Shown here: piece after piece, positions 7,647-12,801 of the stretch
Layout of the letters: each line of letters begins with the position of its first letter
How positions within the stretch are numbered: the stretch's first letter is position 1
Source of the DNA: Promethearchaeota archaeon
Lineage (GTDB): Archaea > Asgardarchaeota > Lokiarchaeia > Sigyniarchaeales > SOKP01
Length of the DNA: 12,801 bases
NCBI GenBank assembly: GCA_008080735.1
Contig: SHMW01000102.1
Coordinates: forward strand, 1-12,801
Reading direction: 5' to 3'
Program-made: the position numbers and the translations under genes
The notes under the pieces: generated by a model
What the model was told of the DNA's origin: nothing
Database searches by the model: none
The model's input: the letters and a program-made list of their open reading frames with translations, nothing else

Positions 7647-7930
7647 TAAGACTTTTCACCTCACTTTAATTATTCTTATTTTTTTACATTTTTTTTCAAA
7701 TTTTATAATATAAGAATAGTTGCGAATTTAAATATAACTAAAACTGAAAATATTTTATGAGAATAATGATCATTCTTGATCAAATGAATAAAAATTGTTA
7801 CGAATTTCTTTATTCATCGATTTTTTTTGAGAATTTAATTTTTGCTTTAGATGAAAATATAAGGGTTAAAAGGTATTCTTAATAAAACTATTATATAAAA
7901 ACCTAATAATAGTAAGTTAATGATAGAAAT

Positions 7931-9061
7931 ATGTCCAAGAACATATTAAAGGTAGGAGTAATAGGCTGCGGGATGGTAGCGAATATTGGCCATTTACCAG
8001 CTTATCAGAATTCTCCTCTTGCTGAAGTGGTTGCCGTTGCCGACCCACTTAAAGCCCATCTTAAGAAAGTTCAAAATAAGTTTAACATACCGAAAGGATA
8101 CGAGGATGCGAACGAACTTATTGATGATCCTAATATTGATGCAGTTAGTATTTGCTCTCCTCATTGGCTTCACGCAGAACAAGCAATTAGAGCAGCAGAA
8201 AATGGAAAGCATATTTTATGCGAAAAACCAATTGGTCTAAGCTTAGAAGAGATAGATGAGATGATTAAAGTTGTTGAAAAGAATGATGTTATTTTCCAAA
8301 CCGCCACCCAGAAGAGATTTGATTTGGGAAACCAATATATTAAGGAAGGAATTCTCAAAAAAGAGATAGGTACTATTTTTCAAGCATCAGTATTTTGGTA
8401 TCATTCTATGGCTCAATTTTTAGAAGAAAAACCGACTAAAGAATTGATTCAGGAAATTGGATTATGGAGATTGACTGATAAACGGTGTGGTGGTGGAGAT
8501 CTTTTAGATCATGGCCCCCATTATTTTGATCTGTTCAGGTGGTGGTTTGGTCCTGTAGAAAGTGTGGATGCACGGATAAGACGCATTCATGAAACTAGAG
8601 TAAATGAGGATCATTCTTTGGTTATATTGACTTTTAAGGAGTACGATGTCATTGCGCTCTTCGAGCGTTCAGAAGCCATTGTAGGTGATGTGTACGGTGA
8701 TGAGAGGGGAAGGATTCATGGAACCCAAGGGAATTATACATTCAGCGTTCAGGCGGAATATAAAAAGAAACCAATGAAAATCGAAAAGCAGATTAAGGAT
8801 AAGAAAACCTATAAGCTTATAAAACAAAATATCTTTCTCTCGAAGGATCCTATGGAACAACCGTATGCTCGAGAAATACGTATTTTTATTAATCAAGTGT
8901 TAGGAGGATCAAATGAAGATGTGGATTTTCCAGAAGAATGGATCCCCACTATATATGATGGAAGATCTGCCTTGGAAATTGTGTTAGCCTCATATGAATC
9001 TCAACGAAGGAATCAAAGAATTCAATTACCCTTGGAAAATTGTAAACCACTTAATTGGTAA
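7931..9061 (+). CDS. Gfo/Idh/MocA family NAD(P)-dependent oxidoreductase
   Basis: VGVIGCGMVA Rossmann motif, HILCEKP, and GGGDLLDHGPH. Confidence 0.92.
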   Translation: MSKNILKVGVIGCGMVANIGHLPAYQNSPLAEVVAVADPLKAHLKKVQNKFNIPKGYEDANELIDDPNIDAVSICSPHWLHAEQAIRAAENGKHILCEKPIGLSLEEIDEMIKVVEKNDVIFQTATQKRFDLGNQYIKEGILKKEIGTIFQASVFWYHSMAQFLEEKPTKELIQEIGLWRLTDKRCGGGDLLDHGPHYFDLFRWWFGPVESVDARIRRIHETRVNEDHSLVILTFKEYDVIALFERSEAIVGDVYGDERGRIHGTQGNYTFSVQAEYKKKPMKIEKQIKDKKTYKLIKQNIFLSKDPMEQPYAREIRIFINQVLGGSNEDVDFPEEWIPTIYDGRSALEIVLASYESQRRNQRIQLPLENCKPLNW

Positions 9062-9128
9062 AACTCCTAAATTCTTAATTTACTGAGAATTGCTGATATA
9101 AAGTTGTTAAAGAATTAATTATTTTATG

Positions 9129-9530
9129 TTATTTAATAATTTCCTTAAATTCTTGAATTATTTTTAATGTGTCTTCTTGAAAATGTTTTAAATAGCTAAA
9201 GATCTTTTCAGAATCGATTTTAATATACTGGTGCACCAAAAAATTTCTCAACTTCTTAAATTCCATGATCAGATCATAGTTTTTGAGTTTTGGTTTTAAT
9301 AGTTCAAGAATTGAATCTTCGGATGTGGGAGGGCCTAAATTAAAAAATTTTACCAGTTGAGTACAAATTTGAATTACCGCTTCGATAATATTTTGTATTT
9401 TTCGCTCGATAGCGGCCTGAAGTTTTAAATCTCCAAGGAATTCTTCTTTGTTTCCCGGCGACCATTCTTCTAATAAATTCAATTGATTTTCAATAAAAGC
9501 AATTCTTTGAAGAATCCGTTCATAAGCCAC
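9129..9530 (-). CDS. HepT-like (DUF86) HEPN ribonuclease toxin
   Basis: AAIERKIQNIIEAVIQIC and the catalytic RNFLVHQY (RX4HXY) motif. Probable start is GTG 9530, overlapping the upstream MNT gene by 11 nt; the ORF track start is 9557. Confidence 0.88.
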   Translation of the reverse strand: MAYERILQRIAFIENQLNLLEEWSPGNKEEFLGDLKLQAAIERKIQNIIEAVIQICTQLVKFFNLGPPTSEDSILELLKPKLKNYDLIMEFKKLRNFLVHQYIKIDSEKIFSYLKHFQEDTLKIIQEFKEIIK

Positions 9531-9900
9531 TTTTGACCGACTCCAAATATAATTCATAATATGGGCGGAATGATTCCCATTCCTTTATGATCTCGATGAA
9601 AATATCAAAAATTTGAGAGTAGTCCTTGTAAAATAGAATTTCCCCTTTGATCGCCTCTTTCGCGATAATGATGGGCATATCGGTTAGGAAATGCAGATCA
9701 AACTTTTCTGGGAATTGTAAAAGATATTTTAAAGATTTGAGATTTGAGGTAGGCATTCTAACTATGCCAAGATCGATATCATTATAAGTGTCAGATTTAA
9801 GAGCGCTCCCATATAAAATGGCAGCTAGAATATCTTTATCTTGTTTTAGTTTCTTAATTATTTTCCACAAACTTTTTTTATCATTATCTGAAAGATGCAT
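9520..9900 (-). CDS. Minimal nucleotidyltransferase (MntA-like antitoxin)
   Basis: ILYGSALKSDTYNDIDL (GS...DxD) motif; overlaps the HepT gene. Start is ATG 9900 or TTG 9912. Confidence 0.88.
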   Translation of the reverse strand: MHLSDNDKKSLWKIIKKLKQDKDILAAILYGSALKSDTYNDIDLGIVRMPTSNLKSLKYLLQFPEKFDLHFLTDMPIIIAKEAIKGEILFYKDYSQIFDIFIEIIKEWESFRPYYELYLESVKSGL

Positions 9901-10159
9901 AGAAACTCTCAAACAAATTTTTTACATATATTAATATAAAAAACACTCTTAAAATTTCAATACTTAATATCAGTATTAACTTAAACTGATATATATAATC
10001 ATAAAATGCTCTTATATTTTATATTTAAAGGATTTCTAATAATGCTTAGATTTATAATTTTTTACTAAGAGCCGTAAGAAAGTAAACCTATAGTTAAATT
10101 AATATTTTAATCGGTAATATTAAGCAATAAAAAATATTTAGAAAAAAAATACTTGAAGA

Positions 10160-10357
10160 GTGGTTTCAATTTCAAAAAATAGGTTAAAGATTGGGAATAA
10201 AAAGATAGTCTTGATACTTTTAATCCTTGCTGCAATCGCATCTGTTATTTCCATTGCTATATTTATTGTTTTAAATCAACTTGACAATGGAGAACCCTCA
10301 GGGTGAGCATGTATAACCTTCCTAATTTCTTTATATTTTGAAATAATGCTAATCTAA
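10160..10357 (+). CDS. Candidate novel small membrane selenoprotein, 65 aa, Sec49 (TGA 10304-10306), UxC motif
   Basis: GTG 10160 gives MVSISKNRLKIGNKK-IVLILLILAAIASVISIAIFIVL-NQLDNGEPSG-U-ACITFLISLYFEIMLI-TAA(10355-10357). A SECIS homologous to the vhuU one has its core 21 nt after the TAA. The start codon is uncertain. Confidence 0.7.
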
Positions 10358-10369
10358 AAAATAATTCAA

Positions 10370-10434
10370 TCCAATAGGATGAGTCTTATGGAAAAATGAT
10401 AGCCATAAGAGGACTGCCTTGCGAAGGTTTTGGA
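10370..10434 (+). promoter_or_regulatory. Eukaryote-like SECIS element no. 2
   Basis: ATGA 10379-10382; perfect stem TCTTATGG 10384-10391 / CCATAAGA 10403-10410; 11-nt loop AAAAATGATAG; GA 10412-10413; side hairpin GCCTT-GCG-AAGGT 10416-10428; outer helix TCCAA 10370-10374 / TTGGA 10430-10434. Aligns without gaps to SECIS no. 1. Confidence 0.85.
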
Positions 10435-10533
10435 CTAAAAGATATCAAAAGAAAAACTAGTTTTCTTAATCTAATTAAATATATTTATCATCTGGCACTT
10501 GGGAAAATTTAATGATGAAAATAATGGTGAAAA

Positions 10534-10609
10534 TAGATTTTAAATCTAATTAAAATAATGTAAAAGTAAAAGATATTTTTATATCTAAGAATTTAAATCT
10601 AAAAGATTT
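10534..10609. repeat. Three related inverted repeats upstream of the HEPN-MNT pair (possible operator)
   Basis: TAGATTT-T-AAATCTA 10534-10548; AGATAT-TTTT-ATATCT 10571-10586; AAATCT-AAA-AGATTT 10595-10609. Confidence 0.35.
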
Positions 10610-10651
10610 TATTTATAGTAGGTGTGAAATTTAAGTAATTAAAGAGTCAAC

Positions 10652-11036
10652 ATGGATCGAACTAAAGATTGGTTAGAGCAAGGAAAATCAGATTTAAAAG
10701 CTGCAAATCATCTTTTAGATACAAATGATTTTTCTTGGTCTTGCTTTTTAGCGCAACAAACTGCGGAAAAGGCATTACAAGCATTGGGGGAAAACATAAA
10801 TATTTTTTTATGGGGCCATGATTTGGTGGATCTAATAGAAGAGTTAGAAAAAAAGATAAAAATTCCGGAAAAAATCTTAGATAATAGCAAAACTCTAAAT
10901 TTGTATTATATACACAAGATATCCCGATGCGTTTACAAGTGGGCATCCTTCTGAAAAATTTTCTGAGCAGCAAGCTATAGATGCAATAAATTTAGCAAAG
11001 GATATATTGGAATATGTACAAGAAAAAATTAAATAA
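10652..11036 (+). pseudogene. HEPN-domain protein (COG2250-like), frameshifted at about 10913
   Basis: WLEQGKSDL...CFLAQQTAEKAL...GHDL...LNLYYI in the first frame. The conserved continuation TRYPDAFTSGHPSEKFSEQQAIDAINLAKDILEYVQEKIK* resumes at 10914 in the next frame and ends at TAA 11034-11036. Confidence 0.85.
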
Positions 11037-11457
11037 AATAACAGAACTCTTGAAAAATCATCTCAAAAGGGACAAATTAATAGAATTTTTGAAAAAATTT
11101 TATTCAAAATATCAAGCTGAATTCATAATTCTTTTTGGATCAAGCGCTAAAGGGTATTTCAATTATAGAAGTGATATCGATTTGTTAATTGTGAGTGATT
11201 CTATAGAAGGGGATTACTTTGAAAAATTAAGAAAAATGTATGATATTTCATCGGATGGGATTGACTTTTTTGTATATAATATAGATAAATTTGATGAAAT
11301 GGTCAAGGAATTCCATCCAATTACTTTAGAGGCACTATATAACGGAATTTTATTATATGATAAGGGTATGGGAAAAAAATATAAAAAACGAGTTAAAAAA
11401 TTGTTAGAAAATGATACTATTCGAAGATCTAAAAATTCATGGACAATAAATAACTAG
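11014..11457 (+). CDS. Minimal nucleotidyltransferase (MNT) domain protein
   Basis: ILFGSSAKGYFNYRSDIDLLIV motif; overlaps the restored HEPN C-terminus by 23 nt. Confidence 0.9.
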   Translation: MYKKKLNKITELLKNHLKRDKLIEFLKKFYSKYQAEFIILFGSSAKGYFNYRSDIDLLIVSDSIEGDYFEKLRKMYDISSDGIDFFVYNIDKFDEMVKEFHPITLEALYNGILLYDKGMGKKYKKRVKKLLENDTIRRSKNSWTINN

Positions 11458-11878
11458 TTTGCAAGATTAAAACAATTTTTCTACAATCTTTAATAATCTC
11501 TTTTGTACTGATATAAAATACATAAGCCTTATCTTGCTTCTTAAAAAGTTTAAAAAATTTCTAAAAGGATTTCTGGTTAAATTAACAAATCCTCTAAATA
11601 TTTATTTTTAGTTTCTAATCCCTTCCTAGAATTTCAATAATTATCTAATATTTATCTATTAGTTTAATATAGAAAAGTGAAATTAAAAAAAAGATAAGTC
11701 TCGGCAACAACTGTAAATTAGAATAACCAAGAGATTCTTAAGTTATATATAGTGTTGCTAATTATTACTTACTGCTTATTGATTTGGTACTTTGTAAAGC
11801 TTTTATTTTATATGAATCTTATTACGCGATAATATAATGCTATAAAGAACAGAACATTATTTAATCGAAAAACTCTAT

Positions 11879-12124
11879 TTAAAAGCGAAATCCACTTCTT
11901 TCTTTCCGAGGTGCTTTTTCTGTTACAGAAACGTTCTCTGCTTGAGGTCCTTTTTTGCCTTCTACTTTTTTAAACTCAACCTTATCATCTTCGTTTAACG
12001 ATTTATAATCGGCGTCGTCCCCCTCAATAGCGGAGTAATGAACGAAAACATCCTCATCATCTTCGGAATTAATAAATCCATAGCCTTTTCGGCTGTCGAA
12101 CCATTTTACTGTTCCTTTTGTCAA
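11879..12124 (-). CDS. csp: Cold-shock domain protein (CspA family)
   Basis: [11 protein letters not shown]1 KGYGFI, RNP2 VFVHYS, and [11 protein letters not shown] start. Confidence 0.93.
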   Translation of the reverse strand: MTKGTVKWFDSRKGYGFINSEDDEDVFVHYSAIEGDDADYKSLNEDDKVEFKKVEGKKGPQAENVSVTEKAPRKERSGFRF

Positions 12125-12393
12125 ATTTAAAACCTTTTTGTTAAAAAATGTAAATTTTTTTTATATTACTAGTGTTCTTCGTAAAGAACTAAATAGTTTA
12201 ATGAATCTTTAATGATAAACTTTTCCTTTCATAGACCTTCTAATGGTGAAGTTTTTTCGAGAAAGAATTGATTTCTTAATAATAATGTAAAACCTGTGCT
12301 ATTTTTAATTAATACGACATTTGGGAGGAATAGTTTAGAATTTAGAAACTCATTTAATTGCTTGGTGAAAATCTTATTTTATGGTAGAAGACT

Positions 12394-12540
12394 CTATTTT
12401 TTCAAGGAAGGGAGAAATTCAATCAAATCAATTGTCGAATATATTTTTATCTTTTTCTGGGTGCTTTTAAGGTGTTTATCATTGGACCATATATGAGATT
12501 TAAGAGCTAAGGCGAGAGCTAAATATCGTTTGTCCTTATA
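12394..12540 (-). pseudogene. C-terminal remnant of a PIN-domain (VapC-like) nuclease
   Basis: Minus strand reads YKDKRYLALALALKSHIWSNDKHLKSTQKKIKIYSTIDLIEFLPSLKK-TAG, matching the PIN pattern KDxxYLALAL...IWSNDKxL. An in-frame TAA lies five codons upstream and there is no start codon. Confidence 0.75.
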
Positions 12541-12709
12541 AAAATTTAATTTTTATCCGCGTAAAAAGCATAACAATTCAATTTTAATATTATATTGGTA
12601 AATTTGCTGTTAAATTTTAGTCCTTATCAATTTAAATATGAAACTGTCATAATGTGACTCCATCGAATTACAATTTATAAAAAATTCATTAATAATTTGT
12701 GAATTAACA

Positions 12710-12801
12710 ATGGAAAAAAAATATATAATTGCCATCGTGATAACCTTCGCTTTAATTGGGCCTGATATAGACACCAAAATTATACCAAATATTTTTTTAT
12801 C
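12710..12801 (+). CDS. Possible 5' end of a secreted or membrane protein (partial)
   Basis: ATG 12710 gives MEKKYIIAIVITFALIGPDIDTKIIPNIFL, open to the window edge, with a basic then hydrophobic N-terminus. Confidence 0.3.
   Translation, partial: MEKKYIIAIVITFALIGPDIDTKIIPNIFL

Noticed and set aside
7137-8896. ORFs 7137-7337, 7986-8240, 7994-8212, 8170-8358 and 8669-8896
   Set aside because: Fully nested in pan or the oxidoreductase, in other frames or on the other strand.
5150-9522. Genome-wide UGA reassignment, or Sec at the TGA ends of 5150-6004 and 9520-9900
   Set aside because: These TGAs end apparently complete proteins, and I saw no SECIS-like element after them.
10396-10512. 38-aa ORF MIAIRGLPCEGFGLKDIKR...
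   Set aside because: It starts inside the SECIS no. 2 loop, and its GC-rich part is explained by RNA structure.
10662-10973. Minus-strand ORFs 10662-10973 and 10708-10890
   Set aside because: Antisense shadows of the HEPN gene.
12296-12496. 66-aa plus-strand ORF
   Set aside because: No motifs; the opposite strand carries a recognisable PIN fragment.
1-12801. CRISPR array, tRNA/rRNA genes, IS elements or integrase
   Set aside because: No regularly spaced repeats, cloverleaf structures, terminal inverted repeats or transposase motifs were seen by eye.

Overview
AT-rich archaeal window, most likely from an Asgard (Lokiarchaeia-like) genome; the taxon is inferred from eukaryote-type SECIS hairpins, a Loki-CTERM-like tail and gene content. 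It opens with the 3' end of a hydrogenase/heterodisulfide-reductase operon: probable vhuA tail, hdrC, hdrB, and a selenoprotein gene vhuU that the ORF track misses. Next come an archaeal MiaB-like tRNA methylthiotransferase, a LITAF-like zinc-ribbon membrane protein, a 4-TM protein, a LURP-one/scramblase-like protein, PAN and a Gfo/Idh/MocA oxidoreductase. The right end is an accessory region with two HEPN/MNT modules, csp and several gene remnants. Main result: two RNA elements (1745-1799 and 10375-10429) align without gaps. They keep the AUGA/GA core, the A-rich loop and an extra UGCG side hairpin, while their stems differ in sequence but still pair. The first follows vhuU and contains its UGA stop codon. 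The second lies 75 nt downstream of an in-frame UGA in an unannotated 65-aa membrane ORF (10160-10357, motif GEPSG-U-AC). That ORF is a candidate previously undescribed small membrane selenoprotein, sitting between two toxin-antitoxin-like modules.
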